From positions 84,071 to 148,070 of the forward strand of contig JABHBL010000096.1 of assembly GCA_018673925.1 (NCBI GenBank): DNA of 64,000 bases, written 5' to 3'. The position numbers were made by a program, and so were the translations under genes. Of this stretch, positions 1 through 9,210 are shown piece by piece. Numbering within the stretch: the stretch's first letter is position 1; the number at the start of each line of letters is the position of its first letter. The notes beneath the pieces are model-generated. The model had not been told where the DNA came from. It did no database searches and worked only from the letters and a program-made list of their open reading frames with translations. The DNA is from Fidelibacterota bacterium. Its GTDB lineage: Bacteria; Fidelibacterota; UBA8477; JABMPR01.

Positions 1-67
1 ACAGGTTACCAATTCAATACTGCATATCTGCAGGATAGACAAAGAGGGGTGAATTGCTGTCCAGAAA

Positions 68-700
68 TTAAGGATGGATAATTCGGGGTGGAGCCATTTT
101 TGCCGTACGATAAGCACCATAAAAATCGGCTAACCAGAAAAGGGTCATAATACTGGCATTTATCCCGGTCATAATGGGGTTCTCCGCCTGGTAATGATTA
201 TAGGTGTTGAGACCGAAACCAGCTACAAGAATGAAACTGAACAGGCCATCAACTGGGTGTCCTGCATAGGCACGCCCCATACCAGGAATAATAGATAATG
301 AAGTTGCAAGGAGGGGATTTTTACCCGGCTTGGGCTCCCTGACCCACTTCAGAGGATCCACCAACCGTCCATCATATTGGATTCTTGCATTGGGGAGTTG
401 CACGTGATAGTGCCTCGCAGCTGAGTTGCATCGGATAATCCGATCTGTACCAATCACTACTCCGGGTAAGACACCTTTGTCAAGGATAGCTGCAACCATA
501 AAATTGGAACATGATTTTTCGAATTGACAGTTCAAGGCGGTTGATTCATAACTGAAATGCTGCCAGGATTGAATGGGCTTGAGTAGTGCTCTTTGAGCAA
601 AGCTAAGGGAGTCCTGAGCATATAGTGAATCAAGAGGCGTCATCTCTTGGGCGCAAACTATTTGCGTAAAAAGAATGAAGGGTAGTAGGGCTGATCTCAA
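68..700 (-). CDS. YidD-like (membrane protein insertion efficiency factor) domain protein with N-terminal signal-like segment and C-terminal TM hairpin
   Basis: YidD-type motif CQFEKSCS...AILDKG...G..IG..RIIRCN; hydrophobic N-terminus; C-terminal LSIIPGMGRAYAG TM region. Confidence 0.6.
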   Translation of the reverse strand: MRSALLPFILFTQIVCAQEMTPLDSLYAQDSLSFAQRALLKPIQSWQHFSYESTALNCQFEKSCSNFMVAAILDKGVLPGVVIGTDRIIRCNSAARHYHVQLPNARIQYDGRLVDPLKWVREPKPGKNPLLATSLSIIPGMGRAYAGHPVDGLFSFILVAGFGLNTYNHYQAENPIMTGINASIMTLFWLADFYGAYRTAKMAPPRIIHP

Positions 701-741
701 TCTTATGGGTTAACTCGCAATTGTATTCCCATGAATCTGCA

Positions 742-1485
742 TTAGCGATTCAGGGTGGTATGCAATCGAGTAAAAAAATCAATAAAGAATTGCTGATCTT
801 GCACAGGGCCTGTTGCAACAAGACTGGGACCTTCGAAATGTTCTCCTTGCACAGTTAAACGAACCCGTGTTTGCTGGAGAGAAAGTTCTTCAAGATTGAT
901 GGTCATGATGTAGGTATACGAATCGGCACTTGATGGACCAGAATCACTGGAACCAAATATCGACCAGCTAGAATCATGGTGGTGTGAGCGGGATCTGTGG
1001 GAACGCCGTGATGGTGGACGCCGATTGTCGTTCTCGTCGTCATCATCTTCATCTTCATCGTCGTCATCAAATGCATCAAACATCCAGGCTATAAATAAGC
1101 CAACGACGGCCATGGTACCTGCTATCAAACAGAAGGTTCCAAGCTCACTTTCCAAATCGTTTTCCCCAGCAGTTTCTCGACTTATGGGTGCTAGTAAACG
1201 TTCCGAAGTTCTACTAGCCGTCATGATTCCCAAACCCATGTCAACATTGCCCAGCGTATAATGCATTTCCTGAAGGACAACGCTCACCGCTTTAGCAACT
1301 TCTTCAGGACTGCCATTGAAATCCCGGGTTTGAAGTACACGCGCTTGCTCCGGAGTGAGCTCAGTAGGTCTGTAACTACACCCTGACATGATAAATGACA
1401 GGTATATAATAAGTAGCCAGCTGGCTCCTCGTGAGAACCGATTCGTTGATTTTGTTTTCATAAGGTATCTCCCTTCCATGTCCAT
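742..1485 (-). CDS. Hypothetical lipoprotein with internal hydrophobic segment and acidic / Arg-Ser-His low-complexity insert
   Basis: Lipobox-like IMSGC; DDDDEDEDDDDE run followed by RRPPSRRSHRSRSHHH; start may be MKTK at 1461. Confidence 0.6.
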   Translation of the reverse strand: MDMEGRYLMKTKSTNRFSRGASWLLIIYLSFIMSGCSYRPTELTPEQARVLQTRDFNGSPEEVAKAVSVVLQEMHYTLGNVDMGLGIMTASRTSERLLAPISRETAGENDLESELGTFCLIAGTMAVVGLFIAWMFDAFDDDDEDEDDDDENDNRRPPSRRSHRSRSHHHDSSWSIFGSSDSGPSSADSYTYIMTINLEELSLQQTRVRLTVQGEHFEGPSLVATGPVQDQQFFIDFFTRLHTTLNR

Positions 1486-1601
1486 AAGCCAGGATATGTT
1501 CCCCTGGGGGATCCATTTTTCTGCTTTACACCCTAAGCATAAATCTTAATTTGATATTAGCAAAGGATAATTATCATAAAATATTATTGTAAGGTCTTAT
1601 C

Positions 1602-2567
1602 ATGTATATAAGAACTATTGTGTTTATAAGCATTGTAATGGTATTAATAGGTTGTTCACCTGATAGGACTGGGACCGTTAACGAGGAGGATTCTCAAATG
1701 CACGATTTCGATAAATTATGGAATTACAATGAACCGGGTGAAACCGAGCAGAAATTCAGAGCTGTTTTGACTAATTCAAATGATCAAGAGAATGCAGAAT
1801 ATGTGCTTGAGTTGAAAACTCAGATTTCCCGCACTCTGGGTCTTCAGCAAAAATTTGAAGAAGCGCACAAATTATTGGATCAAGTTGAAGCTGAGATGAA
1901 ACCTGAATATCCCATTGCTAAGATTCGCTATATGTTAGAACGGGGGAGGGCATTCAATTCATCTGGAAAGAAAGAAGAATCACTTCCTCTGTTTTTAGAA
2001 GCCTGGGAGCTGGGTGTAGAAGTAAAAGCTGACTTTTATGCCGTGGATGCTGCCCACATGCTGGGTATTGCTGCACCACAGGATCAGCAATTGCTCTGGA
2101 ATGAAAAGGCCATGGATTTGGCCGAAAACAGTCCTGATATAAGAGCTCAGGGATGGTTGGGTTCTCTATACAACAATATTGGCTGGACCTATCATGATGC
2201 GCAGGAATATGAAAAAGCTCTGGCAATTTTTCTCAAAGCTCTGGAATGGCGTGCAGCTCACGAACAGGTCATAGAAACCCAAATCGCAAAATGGTGTGTG
2301 GCAAGGACCCATCGCTCCCTGGGCCATGTTGACAAAGCACTTGCAATGCAATATGCTCTTGAAAAAGAGATGCAGACAGCTGGTCAAGATGAAGATGGTT
2401 ATGTCTCAGAAGAGATCGCAGAATGTCTCACCCTCCAGGAAAAACCTCAGGAGGCAGCACCTTATTTTTTGAAAGCCTGGACAATTCTATCCCAGGATAT
2501 CTGGCTCAAACAGAATGAAGCAGACCGTCTAAGTAGATTACAGAAGTTAGGATCTATCAAACCCTAA
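1602..2567 (+). CDS. Tetratricopeptide repeat protein
   Basis: TPR-like helices (GSLYNNIGWTYHDAQEYEKALAIFLKALE); lipobox-like LIGC; alternative start at 1698 after GAGGAGG. Confidence 0.75.
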   Translation: MYIRTIVFISIVMVLIGCSPDRTGTVNEEDSQMHDFDKLWNYNEPGETEQKFRAVLTNSNDQENAEYVLELKTQISRTLGLQQKFEEAHKLLDQVEAEMKPEYPIAKIRYMLERGRAFNSSGKKEESLPLFLEAWELGVEVKADFYAVDAAHMLGIAAPQDQQLLWNEKAMDLAENSPDIRAQGWLGSLYNNIGWTYHDAQEYEKALAIFLKALEWRAAHEQVIETQIAKWCVARTHRSLGHVDKALAMQYALEKEMQTAGQDEDGYVSEEIAECLTLQEKPQEAAPYFLKAWTILSQDIWLKQNEADRLSRLQKLGSIKP

Positions 2568-2653
2568 TTCGTCCTTGTGAGCCTTGAAGGCGGTCTTTCC
2601 TACATAGTGAAGACTCCAGTTTGATGTAGTCGAATACATCATATTTTCAGCCC

Positions 2654-3214
2654 ATGATCCTACTCATCGATAATTACGATTCATTTACCTATAACCTTTA
2701 CCAACAGGTATCAAGTTTTGGGCAAAAGGTTGTTGTTAAGAAAAATGATGATCTCACTATAGATGCTATAACTGCTCTTAAACCTGAGCGGATTATTCTC
2801 GGTCCGGGACCCAAAACACCTGCAGCCTCAGGTATCTGTATTCCACTTATCAAGGAGTTCTCTGTCCACACTCCCATCCTGGGAATCTGTCTGGGGCACC
2901 AATGCCTGGCAGTTGCCAATGGAAAATCGGTGGTTCAAGCTAATCGACTTGTTTATGGAAAAACTACCACGATAACCACGAAGGCTTCCAGGATCATGGC
3001 CGATCTGGATTCATCCTTTGAGGTGGCTCGTTATCACTCCTTGGTGATTGATGGTGTACCCTCAGGCTTTCAGGCGACTTCTCATGATGCTTCCGGAGAT
3101 ATCATGTCTATGGAACATGTGCACTTGCCCATTTTTGGCTTACAGTTTCATCCCGAATCCTTTTTAATGATGAATACGGGTAACCGAATCATCGAAAAAT
3201 TTCTGGCACTCTGA
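2654..3214 (+). CDS. pabA: Aminodeoxychorismate/anthranilate synthase component II (class I glutamine amidotransferase)
   Basis: IDNYDSFTYNL, GPGP, LGICLGHQ, RYHSL, QFHPES motifs. Confidence 0.9.
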   Translation: MILLIDNYDSFTYNLYQQVSSFGQKVVVKKNDDLTIDAITALKPERIILGPGPKTPAASGICIPLIKEFSVHTPILGICLGHQCLAVANGKSVVQANRLVYGKTTTITTKASRIMADLDSSFEVARYHSLVIDGVPSGFQATSHDASGDIMSMEHVHLPIFGLQFHPESFLMMNTGNRIIEKFLAL

Positions 3215-3215
3215 T

Positions 3216-4394
3216 ATGATCAAGGAACAACTATGGTCGCGGGTATCCCAGGCAGATAGCACCTGTTTTCGAACTGATGGTGACGGCACACCCATGTGGC
3301 GTGATCTATTGGCCTCTGACCCCATCTCAGGCTTCGTACTGCTGGATATCGCTGAGTTACCTGCTTTGCTGGACTTTCTAGAAGTGAATCAGGATAAACT
3401 ATGCAGTGGGTATTTCAGTTATGATCTGGGGATGGCACTGCAGGGTTTAACCAGCCGGCACACGAGACAGGTCCCCCTGGCTATCATACATGCATATGAT
3501 CATTGGGTGGAGTACCATCAGGGACAGCCAAATTATGTGGGATTTAACCAGCCAGATTCTGTTATTGAAGAACCAGATATGGACTCATCTGCATCAATAG
3601 AGTTCATATCCACTATTTCAGAAGCAAGCTATGAAAGCACCATTGCCCGCATTCACGAATACATTCGTGCAGGCGATTTCTATCAGCTCAATTTCACACA
3701 ACAGCTGCTGGGGAAGACCAGTGATCCTATTTCTTATGCTTCAATACTTAAAAAACACCCTGCCGCCTATGCCATGGCCATGGATTGTGATGAACTGAAG
3801 ATCACTTCACTCTCACCGGAATTATTCCTACATCATGCGGATGGGATCCTGACCACGGAACCCATCAAGGGGACCCGTCCCCGAGGAGCCACTCAACAGG
3901 AAGATGATGCGCATCGTCAGGAGCTGATGAGTAGTGAAAAGGAACAGGCTGAATTATTCATGATCACAGACCTCCTCAGGAATGATCTGGGAAAAGTTAG
4001 TGAGATCGGTAGCATCGCTCTTGAAGCCGTCAAGGACATGCGAAAACTTCCTAAAGTCTGGCACACCTATTCTAGAATCTCTGGACGCCTTAGACAGGAC
4101 CTCAAACCCGTTGATGCTCTGCTATCCATGTTGCCAGGAGGATCAATCACAGGCTGTCCCAAAAAACACGCGATGGAAATCATTGACGAGTTGGAAGATG
4201 CTTCCAGAGGTGTTTATACCGGTTCCATGGGTTATTTCCATCCCGATGGAGACTTCAGTTTTAATATTGCCATTCGAACCCTGGTTCAACAGGATTCAAA
4301 AATATCTCTGGGTTCAGGTGGGGGGATTACCATTGATTCAAAATGGGCTGAGGAATGGGAAGAGCTCCTGGTAAAAGCTTCGACATTTAAATAA
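3216..4394 (+). CDS. pabB: Aminodeoxychorismate synthase component I (chorismate-binding domain)
   Basis: GYFSYDLG, SPELF, PIKGTRPRG (PabB-type Lys), DLLRNDLG, PGGSITGCPK, NIAIRT. Confidence 0.85.
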   Translation: MIKEQLWSRVSQADSTCFRTDGDGTPMWRDLLASDPISGFVLLDIAELPALLDFLEVNQDKLCSGYFSYDLGMALQGLTSRHTRQVPLAIIHAYDHWVEYHQGQPNYVGFNQPDSVIEEPDMDSSASIEFISTISEASYESTIARIHEYIRAGDFYQLNFTQQLLGKTSDPISYASILKKHPAAYAMAMDCDELKITSLSPELFLHHADGILTTEPIKGTRPRGATQQEDDAHRQELMSSEKEQAELFMITDLLRNDLGKVSEIGSIALEAVKDMRKLPKVWHTYSRISGRLRQDLKPVDALLSMLPGGSITGCPKKHAMEIIDELEDASRGVYTGSMGYFHPDGDFSFNIAIRTLVQQDSKISLGSGGGITIDSKWAEEWEELLVKASTFK

Positions 4395-4472
4395 TTCTTT
4401 AGTTTAGGTTCCTTGTGACTTGTTTTGTGCAATTGCACTCATAGATTTCATCCTCAATATCGAGGGGATCTT

Positions 4473-6443
4473 ATGCATAGAGTAACAATAAAACTTTTAC
4501 TGATCATGTTAAGCAGTGTTCATGTTCAGGCACAAATGTGGCAGCAAAATGACCTGATATTTAATCCCAGCGGAGTCCCTTCTCTTCCTTTTTCCCAACC
4601 TCGCTTCGCTGATCTGGACGATGATCAGGATATGGATATGATATTGGGAAACATCAATGGTCCACCACTTTATTTTGAGAATACAGGATCCGTGACCTCT
4701 CCACATTTCCAGCCCGGTGACGACCTCTTTGATTCCGTTCAAGAACTGGACTGTGAAATAGGCGTGTGTAGCGACCTGGATGCAGATGGTGATCTGGATT
4801 TTATTAGTGGTGGATATACCGGACTACAATTCTACGAAAATACAGGCACATCAATGGCTGCTATGTTTGAAAAGGTGGATGGGTTCTTTGATGGACTAAG
4901 TCTTGATCCAAATCCTGTACCACATTTTGCAGATATGGATAATGATGGTGATGTTGATATGGTAATTGGGCTTAGCGAATCGGGAGCCATCAACTACTAC
5001 CAAAATTTTGGGAACCCTGAAACAGCCATATTCTTGGGAGGGACTGAAGAATCCTGGTTTGATGTAGGATTGTATGCTTATCCCTGGTTTTCAGATATGG
5101 ATGCAGACGGAGACTCAGATCTCTTTGTGGGTCGTGATGGATATGGATTTTACTATTATCAAAATGTGGGAAACAGTGAAGCTTGGACGTGGAATAATGC
5201 GAGTTCACAATTCGCAGGACTTGGTGGTTCAACCTATTGGAATTCACCCTGCCTGGTGGACCTTACAGGTGATGGCAAGCAGGACCTGGTACATGGAACA
5301 GCTTCCGGTCCGCTCAGATATTACCGTAATACAGGCTCCCTGACAACGGCCTCCTGGTCTGAAGTTACCTCATTATTTGGCGGTGTCATCGATGTAGGTG
5401 GTGCCAGCAACCCGGTTTTTATCGATTTTGACCATGATGGTGATTTTGATATGCTTAGTGGCAGTCAGATGGGTGATATTAAGTATTATGAAAATACTGG
5501 TAATGTTTCAGGACCTGCCTGGTCCGCCAACCATAGTCGATTCAGCAGTATTGACCACTCCATCTATTCAGCAGTTACTGCAGGGGATCTGGATGGAGAT
5601 GGGGACTATGATCTGGTTGTGGGTGATCTCAGTGGTAACCTTTATTACCATCAGAACACGGGAACCTCTTTTGGCTTTGTAACATCTGAATTCACAGGAA
5701 TCAATGTAGGTGGTTGGTCAAGCCCAAGATTGTACGACATAGATTCGGATAATGATCTGGACTTGTGTGTTGGGCGGGAAGATGGACAAATTTCATACTA
5801 TGAAAATACTGGGACAGCCACATCAGCCGCTTGGACAGAGAATGCATCATATTTTTCTGGAATTGATGTGGGTAGTAATGCTGTGGTCGCTCTGGGAGAT
5901 GTAAACAATGATGCTTACCTGGACATGGTGATTGGCGATCTTTTCAGCGAAGTACAATTTTTTACCCGGGTTGGTGGAGTCTGGGAAGAAGTGTTTGATG
6001 ATGAATGGACAAGTGATCTCGATTTAGGTCAGAATGTAACCCCAGCTTTCGTCAATCTTATTGGTGGCACTAATATTGACCTGGTCGTTGGGAATTATGA
6101 CGGTACGCTTCAATACTACGAGAACCTAATAATGAGTAGTGTAGAAGATGGCAATCTATTACCCAATGTTTCCTCATTACAACCTGCCTATCCCAATCCC
6201 TTTAATCCTGCAGTTACCATTCATTATGAGCTCAATAACACCATGCATACCACTCTCACCATTTACGATTTAAAAGGTGTCTGGATCAAAACTCTGTGGA
6301 ATAAGACCCAGGTATTTGGCACTCATGAGCTGGAATGGACTGGTCTCAATGGGCAGGGATTGCAGGTTGATTCAGGTGTCTATCTTGTGGTTCTCAAAGC
6401 GGATGGGATAAGACAAACTCAAAAAATTACGTATTTGAAGTAA
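4473..6443 (+). CDS. Secreted FG-GAP/VCBS repeat protein with FlgD-type/T9SS-like C-terminal domain
   Basis: About 10 DxDxDGDxD repeats each followed by GxxxYYENxG; signal peptide after GAGGGG RBS at 4473; AYPNPFNP C-terminal domain. Confidence 0.85.
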   Translation: MHRVTIKLLLIMLSSVHVQAQMWQQNDLIFNPSGVPSLPFSQPRFADLDDDQDMDMILGNINGPPLYFENTGSVTSPHFQPGDDLFDSVQELDCEIGVCSDLDADGDLDFISGGYTGLQFYENTGTSMAAMFEKVDGFFDGLSLDPNPVPHFADMDNDGDVDMVIGLSESGAINYYQNFGNPETAIFLGGTEESWFDVGLYAYPWFSDMDADGDSDLFVGRDGYGFYYYQNVGNSEAWTWNNASSQFAGLGGSTYWNSPCLVDLTGDGKQDLVHGTASGPLRYYRNTGSLTTASWSEVTSLFGGVIDVGGASNPVFIDFDHDGDFDMLSGSQMGDIKYYENTGNVSGPAWSANHSRFSSIDHSIYSAVTAGDLDGDGDYDLVVGDLSGNLYYHQNTGTSFGFVTSEFTGINVGGWSSPRLYDIDSDNDLDLCVGREDGQISYYENTGTATSAAWTENASYFSGIDVGSNAVVALGDVNNDAYLDMVIGDLFSEVQFFTRVGGVWEEVFDDEWTSDLDLGQNVTPAFVNLIGGTNIDLVVGNYDGTLQYYENLIMSSVEDGNLLPNVSSLQPAYPNPFNPAVTIHYELNNTMHTTLTIYDLKGVWIKTLWNKTQVFGTHELEWTGLNGQGLQVDSGVYLVVLKADGIRQTQKITYLK

Positions 6444-6482
6444 AAAAAAGAGCCCCGACGTGTCTGTCAGGGCTCTTTTTTT
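6444..6482. terminator. Bidirectional intrinsic terminator
   Basis: AAAAAAAGAGCCC...GGGCTCTTTTTTT between convergent genes; second hairpin AAACCTGTTT/AAACAGGTTT at about 6486-6515. Confidence 0.85.
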
Positions 6483-6514
6483 ATGAAACCTGTTTGGCTT
6501 CGTGAAAACAGGTT

Positions 6515-7261
6515 TTAGGTAAGATCCATTTCATTCACAGCGACCTTTACTCCAGAATTCATCTTGCGACGAATATAGGAGAAGACCTCCAGGAGAGGCA
6601 GATCCTTGGGACAGACGTCATCGCAGGCCATCATACCGATACAGCCAAAGACTCCAATATCAGTTGAGACCAATTCAAACCATTCCTGTTCGCCACGAGT
6701 ATCCCGGGGATCAAACATAAAACGACCGATGCGGTTCAACCCAGCTGCACCGAGGAAATCTGGATAAACCTGGGCTGTGGCACAGGCTGCTACACAGCAA
6801 CCACACTCGATACAGCGTTCAGATTCATAGATTTTATTGGCAGTTGCATTGTCCATACGTTCTTCTTCTGCAGTTGGATCAAATTCCTTAGTTGTATGAA
6901 TCCATGATTCCAGGCGTTTGGCCATATCATGAAACCAGACTCCAGTATCAACGGAAAGATCACCGAGGAGCTTAAAGAAGGGCAGTGGGTATAATTCAAT
7001 GGTATCCGCCAGATCAGCTGTAAGCGTTCGACAAGCCAGTGTGGGTCGCCCGTTGATCATCATGGCACAGGAGCCACAAATACCAGCACGACATACAAAA
7101 TCATACATGAGGTCTGGAGCTTGTTTCTCTCTGATTCGATGAAGTGCAGTAAATAGATTTAAGCGAGGAGTTTCCTCCAGTTCAAAGGTTTCGATATGCG
7201 GCTCATCATTCTCTTTGGTGGGGTTATATCTGAATATTTTAAATGTCAGGGTACGTGCCAT
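6515..7261 (-). CDS. frdB: Fumarate reductase/succinate dehydrogenase iron-sulfur subunit
   Basis: CRAGICGSC...C (2Fe-2S), CIECGCCVAAC (4Fe-4S), CIGMMACDDVCP (3Fe-4S). Confidence 0.95.
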   Translation of the reverse strand: MARTLTFKIFRYNPTKENDEPHIETFELEETPRLNLFTALHRIREKQAPDLMYDFVCRAGICGSCAMMINGRPTLACRTLTADLADTIELYPLPFFKLLGDLSVDTGVWFHDMAKRLESWIHTTKEFDPTAEEERMDNATANKIYESERCIECGCCVAACATAQVYPDFLGAAGLNRIGRFMFDPRDTRGEQEWFELVSTDIGVFGCIGMMACDDVCPKDLPLLEVFSYIRRKMNSGVKVAVNEMDLT

Positions 7262-9210
7262 TATTTTGCATCCTTATAGGGTGATTCTTCACGCCAGGCT
7301 TCTTTAGGGAGTTTAACTCCAATAGGTTCACTTGTTGCATGTTTACCCAGCGCATTTTGCTCGGCATCGACCTTGGCATTGTATTCCTCAAGACTAAGAT
7401 CCATATCGATCATCTGTCCCCCACCATATCCACGGTCGCCAGGGGGCAAATCAAGTTGCCCTACTGGTTCATAATTAAACTCAGGTTCATCGGCGCCAAT
7501 TTTCCATGATGCCAGGGTTCTGTTCAACCAGTTCTTATCGTCTCTGGCTGGATAGTCTTCACGCGTATGAGCCCCTCGAGATTCAGTCCGGAGGAGTGCC
7601 CCTTTAGCGATGATATAGGCTTGTTTTGCCATGCCTTCTATACGAAGGGCCTGGGAGAGTTCAGGATTCATACCTGGCGCTTGCGCCTTGACTCTCACAT
7701 TCTTCAGACGACCAAGAATTCCCTTAAGACCGGTGACAGCTTTTTCAAGACCTTCCCCAGTTCTGAAAATGTGAACATGATCTTTCAGCAAATCGGCCAT
7801 TTCATCACGGAGGGCATATACATCCTCTGTCCCTGAGTTGGTGAGAAGATGCTGTATAAGATCAGTTTGCTCCTTGCAGAATTTCTCAGCGAGGGAGACA
7901 TTGGCATTCAGTTCTGCGGTTTTTGCATAGTCTGCAATCTTATTGCCAACAACCATACCGGCTACCACGGTTTCAGCAAGGGAGTTACCACCCAAACGGT
8001 TAAAACCATGCATATCCCAGCAGGCAACTTCACCCAATGCAAATAGACCCTTCATACCATAGGCATGACCATCTTTGTTTACACGAATACCACCCATGGA
8101 ATAATGTTGAGTAGGACGTACGGGGATGAGCTCCTTAATGGGGTTTACACCAATGAAAAACATACAGATGTCGTAGACTTCACGGAGCTTGGTGGTGAGA
8201 TGCTTTTCTCCAAGATGACGTAGATCCAACCAGAGGTGTTCACCATAGGATGATTGAACACCCTTGCCCTTTAAAATGTGTTGTTTCATTCTACGGGAAA
8301 CAACATCGCGAGAAGCCAATTCCTGTTTTTCAGGTTCGTATTCAGGCATAAATCTATATTCATCCACATCCAGGAGGAGTCCACCATCACCACGACAACC
8401 TTCTGTTACCAGAATATCGGTGGGAACAATGCCTGTGGGATGAAACTGAACCGCTTCCATATTGCCCAGCGGGACCAGTCCAGTCTGGAGTGCCAACCAG
8501 GATCCAGTTCCCTCGTTGATAATGGCATTGGTTGATTCACCATAAAGTCGTCCATATCCGCCGGTTGCAATGGCGGTGGCTTTTGATATATAGGCCACCA
8601 ATTCACCATCGCGCAGGGAGCGAACAATAGCACCAATACAGACACCATCTTCATGGATCAAACTCAATGCTTCCATTCGATCATGGATGGTGATATCTAG
8701 CTGGACAGCCAGATTATCCATGGCGTATAGTACGGTGTGTCCAGTTCCGTCAGCAGTATAACAGGTCCGCCATTTTGCTGTACCGCCGAAATCACGTGCG
8801 GTAATGAGACCTTCATTTGCATCATCTTCAACGATGGTGGTTTTCTTACCCTTGATGTAGACATCTCGTGGACCACCTTCGACTCGATTCCAAGGCACTC
8901 CAAAATGAGCCATTTCGCGCATGGCGATGGGAGCATTGTCGGCAAAAATGCGGGCGACTTCCTGATCAGCGCCCCAGTCTGAACCTTTGACAGTATCTAA
9001 CCAATGAACCGTCGGGTTATCACCCTTGCCCTTAACGGAGTTACCCAGAGAGGCTTGCATACCACCCTGAGCCGCAGCTGAGTGACTTCTCCGTGGCGGG
9101 ACCAGAGACAACATGGTAACATCCAGACCAGCCTGTGCACTGGCGATGGCGGCGCGTTCACCAGCTAAACCGGCACCTATAATGAGAACATCAGTAGTCA
9201 GTACCTTCAT
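7261..9210 (-). CDS. frdA: Fumarate reductase flavoprotein subunit (Wolinella/Desulfovibrio type)
   Basis: GAGLAG, RSHSAAAQGG (covalent FAD His), QFHPT, EGCRGDGG, ELASRDVVSR, HYSMGG, HGFNRLGGNS. Confidence 0.95.
   Translation of the reverse strand: MKVLTTDVLIIGAGLAGERAAIASAQAGLDVTMLSLVPPRRSHSAAAQGGMQASLGNSVKGKGDNPTVHWLDTVKGSDWGADQEVARIFADNAPIAMREMAHFGVPWNRVEGGPRDVYIKGKKTTIVEDDANEGLITARDFGGTAKWRTCYTADGTGHTVLYAMDNLAVQLDITIHDRMEALSLIHEDGVCIGAIVRSLRDGELVAYISKATAIATGGYGRLYGESTNAIINEGTGSWLALQTGLVPLGNMEAVQFHPTGIVPTDILVTEGCRGDGGLLLDVDEYRFMPEYEPEKQELASRDVVSRRMKQHILKGKGVQSSYGEHLWLDLRHLGEKHLTTKLREVYDICMFFIGVNPIKELIPVRPTQHYSMGGIRVNKDGHAYGMKGLFALGEVACWDMHGFNRLGGNSLAETVVAGMVVGNKIADYAKTAELNANVSLAEKFCKEQTDLIQHLLTNSGTEDVYALRDEMADLLKDHVHIFRTGEGLEKAVTGLKGILGRLKNVRVKAQAPGMNPELSQALRIEGMAKQAYIIAKGALLRTESRGAHTREDYPARDDKNWLNRTLASWKIGADEPEFNYEPVGQLDLPPGDRGYGGGQMIDMDLSLEEYNAKVDAEQNALGKHATSEPIGVKLPKEAWREESPYKDAK

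Noticed and set aside
1025..1261. Poly-Ser ORF on the + strand
   Set aside because: Antisense shadow of the Asp/Glu codon run in the minus-strand gene
2568..2610. Possible seventh GAG-N5-CGA hairpin (CCTTGTGAGCCTTGAAGG)
   Set aside because: Core spacing and CGA do not match and there is no inverted partner
4600..6120. Recurrent GATCTGGA/TATGAAAATAC-like words as a possible CRISPR or DNA repeat array
   Set aside because: Degenerate, in-frame copies explained by FG-GAP protein repeats; no constant repeat-spacer structure and no cas genes
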